DNA from: Candidatus Scalindua sp.
Lineage (GTDB): Bacteria; Planctomycetota; Brocadiia; Brocadiales; Scalinduaceae
Direction of reading: 5' to 3'
Assembly: GCA_031316235.1 (NCBI GenBank)
Contig: JALDRA010000001.1
Coordinates: 2,010,001-2,042,000 of the forward strand
Length of the DNA stretch: 32,000 nt
Shown in pieces: positions 8,163 to 17,340 of the stretch. Both the position numbers and the translations under genes were made by a program. Under the pieces are notes generated by a model. It was not told where the DNA came from, did not search any database, and saw only the letters and a program-made list of their open reading frames with translations. Each line of letters opens with the position of its first letter. Within the stretch, counting starts at the first letter, position 1.

Positions 8163-8819
8163 ATGGAAAATGTGAAAGAACGTACCGGTAAATGTTTGAA
8201 ATTTTTAGACGAACAAAAATTAAAGATAATCATTGGTGCTGCAATAATTGCGGCAATTGTCTTGCCTGTTATTTTATATAAACAGAAAAGAAATAATAGT
8301 TTTTATGAGGTCTGGAGCAGGATATGGAGAATTTCAAACGAAGCGGCAGCGGTAAAAGCGGATGACCAGAAAAACAATACAGACGCTATGGATGCTTTTA
8401 TCAGTGAATATACGTTTTTAAAAGATAATCTCTATGCAACGGATGCGACGCCATGGTTGTTATTAGTGCTTGGCAATACGCAATATAAAGAAAAAAAGTT
8501 TGACGATGCAATCAGTACCTATAAAGAGTTTATCGTAAAATATGCACACCATCCTCTGGCACCTGTCATCAGGCAATCCCTTGGATATGCTTTTGAGGAA
8601 AAGGGACAATTGCAAGAGGCTATCAAACAATATGAAAAGACGTTGCAGGATGACGATGCCCCTTTTCTGAAAGCGGAGGCCAGTTTAGATGCAGGCCGGT
8701 GCTATGAAAAGCTGGAACAATTAGACCCTGCCTTGGCAGCGTATAAGAGGGTAATTGATACCTCGCCGGAGAGCTATTTTGCGAAAATGGCCCGATATCG
8801 GCTGGAAGATATTGAGTAA
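8163..8819 (+). CDS. Membrane-anchored tetratricopeptide-repeat protein (YfgM-like architecture)
   Basis: N-terminal TM helix (IIIGAAIIAAIVLPVILY) followed by TPR-like helices (ALGNTQYKEKKFDDAISTYKEFI...; AGRCYEKLEQLDPALAAYKRVI). Start moved to ATG 8163, because the track start 8067 is a TTG inside a promoter-like TTGACA. Confidence 0.6.
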   Translation: MENVKERTGKCLKFLDEQKLKIIIGAAIIAAIVLPVILYKQKRNNSFYEVWSRIWRISNEAAAVKADDQKNNTDAMDAFISEYTFLKDNLYATDATPWLLLVLGNTQYKEKKFDDAISTYKEFIVKYAHHPLAPVIRQSLGYAFEEKGQLQEAIKQYEKTLQDDDAPFLKAEASLDAGRCYEKLEQLDPALAAYKRVIDTSPESYFAKMARYRLEDIE

Positions 8820-8903
8820 TCCTGTAATGCAATTGACTGTTTACTTCTCCTGGCCCAACTTTGAGAAACTGGTATGTGTAATGAATAAATTAAAGGAGCA
8901 GGG

Positions 8904-9980
8904 GTGACTGTGCCTGAATTTGATAATTCAGAATATATTAGTTTTACCGTAAAAAAAAAACTTGCTTCCAGGAGAATTGACAAATACCTTGTTTCACGGC
9001 GGCGGCTGCAGGATTGTTCTCGAAGTGAAATACAGAGACTGATTAAAGAAGGCAATATCAAGGTAAACGACGGTGTTGTAAAGAGCAGTTACGAGATAAA
9101 ATTACACGATGTTGTTTCAGTTAAACTGCCGGCAAAAGACAGGAACACCGTAGTGCCGGAAGATATACCGCTTGCTGTTTTATATGAAGACGAACATATC
9201 ATAGCCATTAATAAGAGTCCGGATATTGTTGTGCATCCGGCAAGAGGGAATGCAAGCGGAACTTTGGTAAATGCGCTGGCCTTTTATTGTAACAGCCTCT
9301 CTGCAATAAATGGACCCCTTCGGCCCGGGATTGTTCACAGGTTGGACAGGGGTACGAGCGGGGTGATGTTGATTATTAAAGATGAAAAAGTGCATAAGCA
9401 CATAGCGCTGCAATTTGAAAAAAGAGAGGTCAGGAAAGAATACCTTGCAGTCGTGAAAGGTGAGATTGATCTTGATTCTGACAGGATCGATTTACCCATA
9501 GGGAGACATCTGAGGGTCAGGGAAAAAATGGCGGTCCGCCATGACGTTGGTAAAAAAGCAATCACCGTTTTTGAGGTAATAGAGCGTTTTTCCGGCTACA
9601 GCTTTATCAGGGTGTTTCCTGAAACAGGCAGAACTCATCAAATCAGGGTACACATGAAGTCTGCGGGACACCCCATTGTTGCAGATTCTGCATATGGTAC
9701 TGAAGATGCATGTTTTCCAAAAGATCTTTTTGGAGCAGCCCCGGAAATACAGAGCCTTGCAAAAGAGGAAGGATTATGGAATAATGATGAACAGCCGATT
9801 ATCGGGAGACAGGCGTTACATGCGTACAAAATTAATTTCTATCATCCTGTTCTTAAAAAGGTTATGGAGCTTACTGCAGAGTTGCCCCAAGACATGCATA
9901 AGTTAATCACTATCCTCAGGATGATTAATACCGCAAACAGCTCCGGCTCTCGTGAAAAGCTGAGTAAAATGGTAGAGTGA
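8904..9980 (+). CDS. rluD: RluA-family rRNA pseudouridine synthase (RluD-like) with N-terminal S4 domain
   Basis: S4-like RIDKYL...IKVNDG segment and catalytic HRLDRGTSGVM motif. GTG start with AAGGAG 6 nt upstream. C-terminal extension of ~40 aa. Confidence 0.88.
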   Translation: MTVPEFDNSEYISFTVKKKLASRRIDKYLVSRRRLQDCSRSEIQRLIKEGNIKVNDGVVKSSYEIKLHDVVSVKLPAKDRNTVVPEDIPLAVLYEDEHIIAINKSPDIVVHPARGNASGTLVNALAFYCNSLSAINGPLRPGIVHRLDRGTSGVMLIIKDEKVHKHIALQFEKREVRKEYLAVVKGEIDLDSDRIDLPIGRHLRVREKMAVRHDVGKKAITVFEVIERFSGYSFIRVFPETGRTHQIRVHMKSAGHPIVADSAYGTEDACFPKDLFGAAPEIQSLAKEEGLWNNDEQPIIGRQALHAYKINFYHPVLKKVMELTAELPQDMHKLITILRMINTANSSGSREKLSKMVE

Positions 9981-10033
9981 GTATCAGGATGGAGAGAGGG
10001 ATCAAACTTATTTAAAATACGGAGGAGAGAAAA

Positions 10034-10294
10034 ATGTTTGGGATGCCAGGAGGTGTTGAATGGATTATTATCCTTGTTATCGCACTGCTTATCTTTGGTA
10101 AAAGATTGCCGGAGGTAATGAGATCCATGGGAAAAGGGATTGTCGAGTTCAAAAAGGGAGTAAAAGGTGTGGAAGATGATGTAGAAGAAGAGGTCAATCA
10201 GAAACAGGAGAAACTGGAGTCTGCAAATACGAAGAAATTTACTGAAACCGATACAAAGGATGAGATTAAAAATACCAATGAAATGAAAGGATAG
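10034..10294 (+). CDS. tatA: Twin-arginine translocase subunit TatA/E
   Basis: WIIILVIALLIFGKRLPEVMRSMGKGIVEFKKG is the canonical TatA TM helix plus amphipathic helix. GGAGGAG RBS. Confidence 0.88.
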   Translation: MFGMPGGVEWIIILVIALLIFGKRLPEVMRSMGKGIVEFKKGVKGVEDDVEEEVNQKQEKLESANTKKFTETDTKDEIKNTNEMKG

Positions 10295-10299
10295 AAGAA

Positions 10300-10395
10300 A
10301 TGGCAAGTAGTAATAAAAGACGAAAATTGAAATGGCGCAGTAAAAAAGCAAACCATGGGAGGAAACCGAATTTAGGAAAACAGAGAGGGAGATAA
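10300..10395 (+). CDS. Unannotated 31-aa highly basic peptide (possible small ribosomal-type protein)
   Basis: ATG 5 nt after the tatA stop, with AAAGGA upstream. Translation is MASSNKRRKLKWRSKKANHGRKPNLGKQRGR. Below the ORF-track length cutoff. The KANHG+KPN motif recalls, from memory, actinobacterial bL37. Confidence 0.35.
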   Translation: MASSNKRRKLKWRSKKANHGRKPNLGKQRGR

Positions 10396-10696
10396 TCAGC
10401 AGCCGTGCATAAGGCTGCTACGGTTCAGTTGTAAAGGGGTCTTTCATGAGCCTGGCTACTGGGGCAGAGAAACGTCCGGATAGGACATCTAGCCGTATGC
10501 ATAACGGCGCTACCATCCTGCTTGAATGTTCGAAGTGTTCGGCTGAGAGCAGGTAGGTTGTCTTAAAGTGCCTGTTTCCTGATCGATAGAGGAAACAGAC
10601 ATGTATACCTCAGCAGGCAGACACTTCATGAATTTCGTTATTGAAACCTCCGGCCCTGGATCCGTTGAAAGATCCGTTACGGGGAGGTCTATACAA

Positions 10697-11245
10697 TCAC
10701 GCCGCCTCTATTGATCTCTTTAACGCGTCTTCATACACCTTCAGGTTTTCTCTACTGAATAATACAAATCTGATCTCCCGAAAGCTGTGCTCCTCTATGA
10801 ATTCCCTGACGGTAGAAACAGCTATGCCTGCGGCACGGTCTATTGGGAACCGATACGCCCCGGTACTGATAGAGGGAAAAGAGATAGACGCGATGTTCGA
10901 CTCTTTTGCTGTTTTCAGACTGTTAAAATAGGCATTGCGCAGGAGTAGGTCTTCATTCCTGCTGCCCCCCGACCAAACAGGTCCCACGGTGTGTATTACG
11001 TACCGGGCCTTCAGATTTCCCCCTGAGGTTATGACGGCTTCGCCAGTTGGACAGCCATCCTGCCTTGCACGGATCTTTTTACATTCCTCCAGGATCTTTG
11101 ATCCGCCCGCACGATGAATGGCACCATCAACACCTCTGCCCCCGAGCAGGCTTGTATTCGCGGCATTTACTATTGCTTCAGTATCCTGTAAGGTAATGTC
11201 ACCTTCTATTAAACAGAGTTTCGTTTTTCCAACCATTATTTCCAT
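10697..11245 (-). CDS. Macro-domain protein (O-acetyl-ADP-ribose deacetylase, YmdB-like)
   Basis: GDITLQDTEAIVNAANTSLLGGRGVDGAIHRAGG and ISFPSISTGAY motifs of macro domains. Confidence 0.85.
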   Translation of the reverse strand: MEIMVGKTKLCLIEGDITLQDTEAIVNAANTSLLGGRGVDGAIHRAGGSKILEECKKIRARQDGCPTGEAVITSGGNLKARYVIHTVGPVWSGGSRNEDLLLRNAYFNSLKTAKESNIASISFPSISTGAYRFPIDRAAGIAVSTVREFIEEHSFREIRFVLFSRENLKVYEDALKRSIEAA

Positions 11246-11281
11246 TGATAAACCGCTCCCTTAAGCAGCCAAGGCCTGTCC

Positions 11282-12187
11282 TCAGAGTAACATTTTATTG
11301 ACAACAGACCATATCTTCCCTGCAATCTCGTCCCTGGGTAAGATTTGGTTGTTTTTTGCACAGGCAACTGTAACCCAGCTATTATCCGCCTCTGCAAGTT
11401 TTTCGTATATCAGTTGAACTGCATGAAGATATCCTGAATCCTTTTCATGCATATCAAATTCTGGCTTTGAACCCCCCGAACTTTGCAATCTATCCATAAT
11501 CAGTCTCTGTGAAATCTCTATCGGTACAGAAAGATAAATAATCAGATCCGGTCTGGGAATGCCAAATACCTTATATTCAAGCTCTTCGATCCATTTAAAA
11601 AAGCTGTTCCTCTCACGAATGTCTTTAATCTTTGCTCCCTGATGTGCCATGTTTGAGCACACATAGCGGTTAGAAGTAATAATAACTCCTTCATCGAGCC
11701 ATCGTGTCATTTGCTCTTTTAAGAGCCACCTGTCGCCGGCATACAGCAAAGAACAGAGATAGGCGTTCACCTCATCGGCTCTCGGCGGAAAACTGTCTGG
11801 CAGATTATCTGATAAGCCGGTTTTTGCTTCGTTTCCTGGCTGACTTTTGTGTGAACTCATATAGGAACCTTCATGCGCAAGCTGCTCAGTTTGCTGTCTC
11901 TCTTTTGCGGGTAGCGGATATGTTTTCAGGTGATCTCTCAGTTCCTGCGGCCAGCCGTATTCTCCTTTAAGATATTTTTCTATCATGTCCGCAAAAAAAG
12001 AGTTACCATACTGCGGAAAATCTGTCATGTGCACCCGATACCCTCTCTGCCTCAATATCTCCTCGAGGATGCGGGTCTGAACGCTCTTTCCACTACCGTC
12101 AGTACCCTCAATGACAATCAGCTTCCCTCTTCTCCTGACAGATACTTCCCGCCCCGTAACCGGTTTCAGCTTTCTATTTGTACCCAT
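11282..12187 (-). CDS. tmk: dTMP (thymidylate) kinase with a ~55-60 aa internal insertion
   Basis: P-loop IEGTDGSGKS, DFPQYGN, LLYAGDRW and lid region present. At 301 aa it is much longer than the typical ~210 aa. Confidence 0.8.
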   Translation of the reverse strand: MGTNRKLKPVTGREVSVRRRGKLIVIEGTDGSGKSVQTRILEEILRQRGYRVHMTDFPQYGNSFFADMIEKYLKGEYGWPQELRDHLKTYPLPAKERQQTEQLAHEGSYMSSHKSQPGNEAKTGLSDNLPDSFPPRADEVNAYLCSLLYAGDRWLLKEQMTRWLDEGVIITSNRYVCSNMAHQGAKIKDIRERNSFFKWIEELEYKVFGIPRPDLIIYLSVPIEISQRLIMDRLQSSGGSKPEFDMHEKDSGYLHAVQLIYEKLAEADNSWVTVACAKNNQILPRDEIAGKIWSVVNKMLL

Positions 12188-12392
12188 AATTGTCCCTCAC
12201 TTCACCTCCAGTTTAATGGTAAGATGAATGATAGAATAAGAATATACCATAAAATAATATCAGAATCCTGCAAAAACATTTTTTGAAATTGGGATGTTGC
12301 TATTTTTATTGCTATTAGAGATTAAATAATCTACAATTTCGGCATATTTTATCTATGGGCATCTGTGGATTTTTCTTTAGATACTGAATTTT

Positions 12393-13895
12393 ATGTACCT
12401 GAAATTTTTAAATCGAATACAGAAAAAAGTAATTTTATGCTTTACCTTGCTCCTATTCTTCAATCAATGGACTTTTGCAGATGATGAAGCTGAAAAGTTA
12501 AGGCATGATCTCCTGGAGCTGGAAAAATATGTAAATCCTTTTGTCCAGATCTTTCAGAAGGTATCAAGCCTGGTAGGTCCTTCAGTCGTAAGTATTGTGG
12601 CAGAACATTCACCTGATACTGTTTACGATCCACATGATACGTTTCCTTCCCCCTTTTTCCCTCCCGAAAAGGAGAATAATCAATCTGAACAGCGCAAACC
12701 GAGTTTCGGAACCGGAATCATTGTAAAAAAGAACGGATTTATTCTTACCAACTTTCATGTCATAAATGGTTTTGAGAATGGAAAGATAACGGTGAACCTG
12801 CATAATGGTCTTCAATATGATGCGGTTATCTTTGGTAAAGACCCGAATTCAGACCTTGCGATCCTGAAAATTGATGGTGAAAACCTCAGAGAAGCAAATA
12901 TGGGTGATCCGAAAAGTGTGAAGGTTGGCGATTGGGTAATCGCAATTGGGAACCCCTTTGGATACAGTCAAACCGTTTCAGCCGGTATTGTAAGCGCAAT
13001 AGGGAGGACAAACGTTACACCACTTGCAAAACCCTTCAGCTATGAGAATTTTATTCAGACCGATGCAGCAATAAATCCAGGAAATAGCGGAGGTCCGCTG
13101 GTAAATCTCCGGGGAGAGATCATTGGTGTTAATTCCGCAATCGCGACAAGAACGGGAGGCTTTCAAGGTGTGGGATTTGCAATTTCTGCAGAAATTGCGA
13201 CCACTGTCATGACAGACCTTATTGAAAAGGGACATGTCATAAGAGGTTACCTGGGTGTCGGAATTCAAAATATTAATGATAATTTAGCTTCATATCTGGA
13301 TATGCCTGGTAAAGATGATGTGCTGAAGAGGTTCAAATTAGATTCGGATTCGGGCGCCTTTATTTCTGAGGTATGGAAAGACACACCGGCATCAAAAGGA
13401 GGAGTTCTTCCGGGAGATGTTATTCTCATGTTTGGAGAACAGAAAATCACCAATATTGACGATCTGAAAAAGGCTATACGGACCTCCACCGTTGACAACC
13501 TGGTTCCGCTGACAGTATTTCGGAATAAAGGGGTAAAACCGCTTGTAGTTAAAATTGAGCAGCAACCTGAGAGTATGTCTGAGAAAACATTTATATCGAT
13601 CAAAATGGTTTCTGAGTTAACGTCATTTTATACCGGTTTAACGGTTGGAGATATGACTACAGGGAATGCAGTGGATGAAAATGACGGCATAATTGATGGT
13701 GTAATAGTTGAACAGGTAGAAGATGACAGCCCGGGGGAGAGGGCTGGAATAGTAACCGGAGATATTATCCTGAAAGTTGGTACGAAAAGCGTTAATTCAA
13801 AGAAAGAGTTTCAATCAGCCGTGCAGGATGCTTTAGAAGAAAATACAAACATTTCGCTCTATGTAAAAACCAAGGGGTATACGACCCTGAAATAA
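12393..13895 (+). CDS. degP: Periplasmic HtrA/DegP-family serine endoprotease with two PDZ domains
   Basis: Signal peptide. Catalytic triad contexts TNFHVI, DLAILKI and GNSGGPL. Two PDZ-like segments (GAFISEV...GDVIL; GVIVEQV...GDIIL). Confidence 0.9.
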   Translation: MYLKFLNRIQKKVILCFTLLLFFNQWTFADDEAEKLRHDLLELEKYVNPFVQIFQKVSSLVGPSVVSIVAEHSPDTVYDPHDTFPSPFFPPEKENNQSEQRKPSFGTGIIVKKNGFILTNFHVINGFENGKITVNLHNGLQYDAVIFGKDPNSDLAILKIDGENLREANMGDPKSVKVGDWVIAIGNPFGYSQTVSAGIVSAIGRTNVTPLAKPFSYENFIQTDAAINPGNSGGPLVNLRGEIIGVNSAIATRTGGFQGVGFAISAEIATTVMTDLIEKGHVIRGYLGVGIQNINDNLASYLDMPGKDDVLKRFKLDSDSGAFISEVWKDTPASKGGVLPGDVILMFGEQKITNIDDLKKAIRTSTVDNLVPLTVFRNKGVKPLVVKIEQQPESMSEKTFISIKMVSELTSFYTGLTVGDMTTGNAVDENDGIIDGVIVEQVEDDSPGERAGIVTGDIILKVGTKSVNSKKEFQSAVQDALEENTNISLYVKTKGYTTLK

Positions 13896-13982
13896 AAAAG
13901 CCCTTTTCAGTGCGGACTCTTTCTACGCTCGTATGTTTTTGAGAACTCCGGTTGCAGACAGTCCAGCATGATTCCCGGCATA

Positions 13983-16334
13983 TTAATTCTCTTCACTTAT
14001 AGATTTCAGATCCTTTGCCGTAAAATCGCATTCCGGGTAATTTGTACAGCCAAAGAACCACATGCGTCTTTTTCCGCGTCTTTGTACCAAGGTACCGCTG
14101 CACCCTTCTTTGGGACATTTTACTTCTGTCGGTATCGCCTTGGTATTTTTACATTTCGGATAATTGGAGCAGCCTTTAAATTTCCCCATCCTGCTGCTTC
14201 TGATAAGCATCATGCTTCCGCATTTCTCACACTTCTCATCGGTCTCTTCTGCCTTGAATTCGACTGTGCTGTCGCCATTGAGAGACCTGGTGTTTTTGCA
14301 TTCCGGATACCCTGAGCATGCCAGAAATTTAGCATTTCTACTGAATTTCACGACCATGTCCTTGCCGCACTTTTCACACAATTGTCCCGATTTTTCCTGC
14401 TCTACCGGTTCTCCATTCCCGTCAAGGGCTATGGTGTTCTTGCAATCCGGGAAACCTGAACAACCGAGAAATTTTCCGATTTTACTCCACCTGGTTACCA
14501 TCGGTTTATTACAGAGCTGGCAGGAGTATTTGCTTTCCTCAGGTGTCTCCTTGACACTGCTCATCTCGACCTTGGCCTTTTCTAGATCAGAACTGAAACT
14601 TTCATAAAAATCCTTTAAGACCTTCAGCCAATCTTCATGTATCTCTTCTATCCTGTCCAGTTTGTCTTCCATCTGCGAAGTGAATTTCACATCAAGTATC
14701 TTCGGAAAGTGCTTGACAAGTTTTTCTGTTACCAGGGTGCCAAGATCAGTTGGGTGGAATAGTCTCTTCGTTTGCGTTACATAGCCGCGGTCCTGTATGT
14801 TTGATATAATTGCTGCGTAGGTGCTGGGACGTCCGATTCCATTTTTCTCCAGCATCTTGACTAATGTTGCCTCTGAAAACCTTGGAGGAGGCTGCGTAAA
14901 GTGTTGACTGGGGGTAAGTTTAAGCAGGTCTAAAACCTCTCCTTTGTTCAGTGATGGTATGTTCTGCTCCTGTTTGTCTCTCTCAGAATCAGAATAGGTT
15001 AAAATGGTGTGTCCATCAAAGATTATTTCTCTCCCTCGTGCTTTAAAAAGACATTTCTTTCCTTTCTTTTTTTTGGGATCAGCTTCTATCTCCACATCAG
15101 TAATTGCATACTGAGCCGGTTTCATCTGACTTGCAATGAATCTATCCCAGATCAGTTTATACAGTTTGTACTGGTCTGAAGTTAAAAAAGGCTCCAGGGA
15201 CTCAGGTTTTCGTTCTGCATAGGTTGGACGAATGGCCTCATGTCCAAGCTGTGCCCCCTTCTTTGACTTATAGATGTTTGGCTTCGACGGTAAGTATTCC
15301 TTTCCAAAAGTTTGCTCTATCACCGTACGGCACGGCGGTATCGCCTGTTCAGAAACAGAGAGTGAATCTGTTCTCATGTAGGTAATCAGACCAATAGATC
15401 CTTCTGCTCCAAGTTCGATACCTTCATATAATTGCTGCGCCAATAACATCGTTTTTTTCGTACTGAAGCGTAATTTTATTGATGCCTGCTGCTGAAGGAG
15501 ACTTGTGGAAAATGGTGAAGAAGCCTTGTTTAGGGTATTACGTTTTGAAATATTTGTAACGGTATATGTAGCGTCCTTTAAATACTCTTCGATATCCTTT
15601 GCCGCATTTTCATTCGCAATCTCTTTGGGTTTTCCATCGACTTTAATGAGTTCTGCCACCAGAACATCATTACCTGAAGGGCTTTGTTTGTCTCCCTTTG
15701 TGCCTCGTACAGATTCTGTTGCCTTGGAATGCTTTGATGCAAGGTCAGCGGTAAACTCCCAATACTCCTGAGAATTGAAATCATTTATCTCTTTTTCTCT
15801 CTCAACGATAAGCCTGACCGCTACAGATTGAACCCTCCCGGCACTTAACCGTTTTGTAATTTTCTTCCAGAGTAAGGGACTTATTTTATAACCGACAAGC
15901 CTGTCGAGGATCCGTCGCGTCTGCTGTGCATTCACCTTGTCCATGTTAATTGGCCCCGGCTCTTTAAACGCCTTTCTGATAGCATCCTTTGTTATCTCAT
16001 TGAAGGTAACCCGTTGAATCTTTTCCGCAGGTATCTTCAGTGCTTCGCATAAATGCCATGCTATCGCCTCACCTTCACGGTCACGATCAGAAGCCAAATA
16101 TACATAATCAACTTTTTTTACCTCTTTTCGTAATTTAGTAACTATCTCTTTTCTCGCGGGAATTATCCTATAAGTGGGGGTGAATTCATTTTCAGTGTCT
16201 ACACCGAGATTTTTGCTCGGAAGATCTCTGACATGTCCTATAGAAGAGCGCACAAAATAGGATGAGCCCAGAAATTTATTTATGGTTTTTGCTTTTGCCG
16301 GAGATTCCACAATAACCATTGATTTTGCAACCAT
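13983..16334 (-). CDS. topA: DNA topoisomerase I with four C-terminal C4 zinc ribbons
   Basis: TOPRIM start VIVESPAKAKTI, active-site region ITYMRTDS, and four CxxC...CxxxxC ribbons at the C-terminus. Confidence 0.95.
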   Translation of the reverse strand: MVAKSMVIVESPAKAKTINKFLGSSYFVRSSIGHVRDLPSKNLGVDTENEFTPTYRIIPARKEIVTKLRKEVKKVDYVYLASDRDREGEAIAWHLCEALKIPAEKIQRVTFNEITKDAIRKAFKEPGPINMDKVNAQQTRRILDRLVGYKISPLLWKKITKRLSAGRVQSVAVRLIVEREKEINDFNSQEYWEFTADLASKHSKATESVRGTKGDKQSPSGNDVLVAELIKVDGKPKEIANENAAKDIEEYLKDATYTVTNISKRNTLNKASSPFSTSLLQQQASIKLRFSTKKTMLLAQQLYEGIELGAEGSIGLITYMRTDSLSVSEQAIPPCRTVIEQTFGKEYLPSKPNIYKSKKGAQLGHEAIRPTYAERKPESLEPFLTSDQYKLYKLIWDRFIASQMKPAQYAITDVEIEADPKKKKGKKCLFKARGREIIFDGHTILTYSDSERDKQEQNIPSLNKGEVLDLLKLTPSQHFTQPPPRFSEATLVKMLEKNGIGRPSTYAAIISNIQDRGYVTQTKRLFHPTDLGTLVTEKLVKHFPKILDVKFTSQMEDKLDRIEEIHEDWLKVLKDFYESFSSDLEKAKVEMSSVKETPEESKYSCQLCNKPMVTRWSKIGKFLGCSGFPDCKNTIALDGNGEPVEQEKSGQLCEKCGKDMVVKFSRNAKFLACSGYPECKNTRSLNGDSTVEFKAEETDEKCEKCGSMMLIRSSRMGKFKGCSNYPKCKNTKAIPTEVKCPKEGCSGTLVQRRGKRRMWFFGCTNYPECDFTAKDLKSISEEN

Positions 16335-16387
16335 TAAAAATCCTCTATACCATTAACAGGGAATAATATTTAAGTCCAAACTTGGAG

Positions 16388-16416
16388 ATTTAAACAAAGG
16401 GATCAACATATGTCAA
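16388..16416 (-). promoter_or_regulatory. Likely sigma-70-type promoter of topA
   Basis: Minus strand reads TTGACA - 17 nt - TTAAAT, about 55 nt upstream of the topA ATG (16334). Confidence 0.4.
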
Positions 16417-16475
16417 GAGTTTTTCGTTTGTGTGAGCGGTTACACATACAATAATTTTATCGGATTACGGTGGAA

Positions 16476-16492
16476 ATATACTAAAACCGATT
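16476..16492 (+). repeat. Terminal fragment (17 nt) of the dispersed repeat, copy E
   Basis: ATATACTAAAACCGATT is identical to the first 17 nt of copy D after its leading G. It abuts the stop codon of the carbonic anhydrase gene. Confidence 0.4.
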
Positions 16493-16493
16493 C

Positions 16494-17246
16494 CTATTGC
16501 GATTCAAAAACCAAACGATAGTTGAGAGGTTGCAGCGGTCTGGCGTTAAACCCTATCACTGTTTCGAATTTGTTTATCTGCGGCTTTGACATTTCAATTG
16601 GTGTTTTAAAGATATACCAGTTAACACCTTCACTACAGGGTGGTGTCGTGACCGATCCATAATAGTAATAGAAAGACCTATTGTCAGGCAACAGGTCTTC
16701 AGCGCAAATAGTTGCCGGGACCGGCTGGTTTTTCCCGTCTATTCCTTCAAAGAAATTATTCCAGATCTTTTCTATGGTGTTGTTATGTTTTCCTTCGCTG
16801 ATAAGAACACTCACCACAGATAATATCCCCCTGGTTTCACTCCGATGTACAAAATGGATCTCCATGTCGTAAAATTTGCCTCTTACCTTGTGTTCGCTGG
16901 GATGGTGAAAATGAAATTCAAGGAGAGTAAACACTTCCCGCCCTATCTCTACACTGCTTCCTCTTTCATACTCAACTTTTATTGTATGGCCATTGTTGAT
17001 TGTTTTCAGGGAGGTTTCCCGGTAGGAGAATTTTAGATTTTCTAAATCTGCCTTATAACAGTTGCTGATATTGATGGGTGACTGGGTTCCTCCATTTCCG
17101 CAGACAGTACAGTCTGTATCAAGATGATCCCAATAATAAAACCTCCGTTCTTTGTCATGATTATTAACATGAACGGTATCTTCTTCTGCACAGACATGAA
17201 GTGATGATAATAAAAACACGGTGTAAATAATAATAACTTTTTTCAT
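16494..17246 (-). CDS. Periplasmic alpha-class carbonic anhydrase
   Basis: SPINI, HFHHPSEH and EIHFVH zinc-ligand motifs and TPPCSEGV. Signal peptide from M14 (start trimmed to 17246). Confidence 0.9.
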   Translation of the reverse strand: MKKVIIIYTVFLLSSLHVCAEEDTVHVNNHDKERRFYYWDHLDTDCTVCGNGGTQSPINISNCYKADLENLKFSYRETSLKTINNGHTIKVEYERGSSVEIGREVFTLLEFHFHHPSEHKVRGKFYDMEIHFVHRSETRGILSVVSVLISEGKHNNTIEKIWNNFFEGIDGKNQPVPATICAEDLLPDNRSFYYYYGSVTTPPCSEGVNWYIFKTPIEMSKPQINKFETVIGFNARPLQPLNYRLVFESQ

Positions 17247-17340
17247 GAAATTGTTCCTTTTTTTCTCGAAAAATAAATTTATCAATATATTTAAGATGTC
17301 TGTTGTCTTTTTGCGGTATTGCAGGCAGCTGAAATTGGTA

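Noticed and set aside
8951-8960. Homopolymer tracts as phase-variation switches: A10 inside rluD, an 8-nt run at 846-853 just after the M48 start, and a 9-nt run at 26824-26832 just after the 3D-lipoprotein start
   Set aside because: They encode Lys runs (KKK) in positions where lysines are expected (signal-peptide n-regions, basic linkers). AAA is the favoured Lys codon in an AT-rich genome, and there is no evidence of frame disruption.
10396-10696. 300-nt gene-free, relatively GC-rich gap after tatA. I considered RNase P, 6S, SRP and tmRNA (GAGAAACGTCCGG vaguely recalls the RNase P GGAAAGUCCGG box).
   Set aside because: It is too short for RNase P, lacks the SRP/tmRNA signature sequences, and shows only short 5-8 bp hairpins (e.g. 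10398-10419, 10571-10599) without a convincing global fold. It remains unassigned and worth an Rfam scan only.
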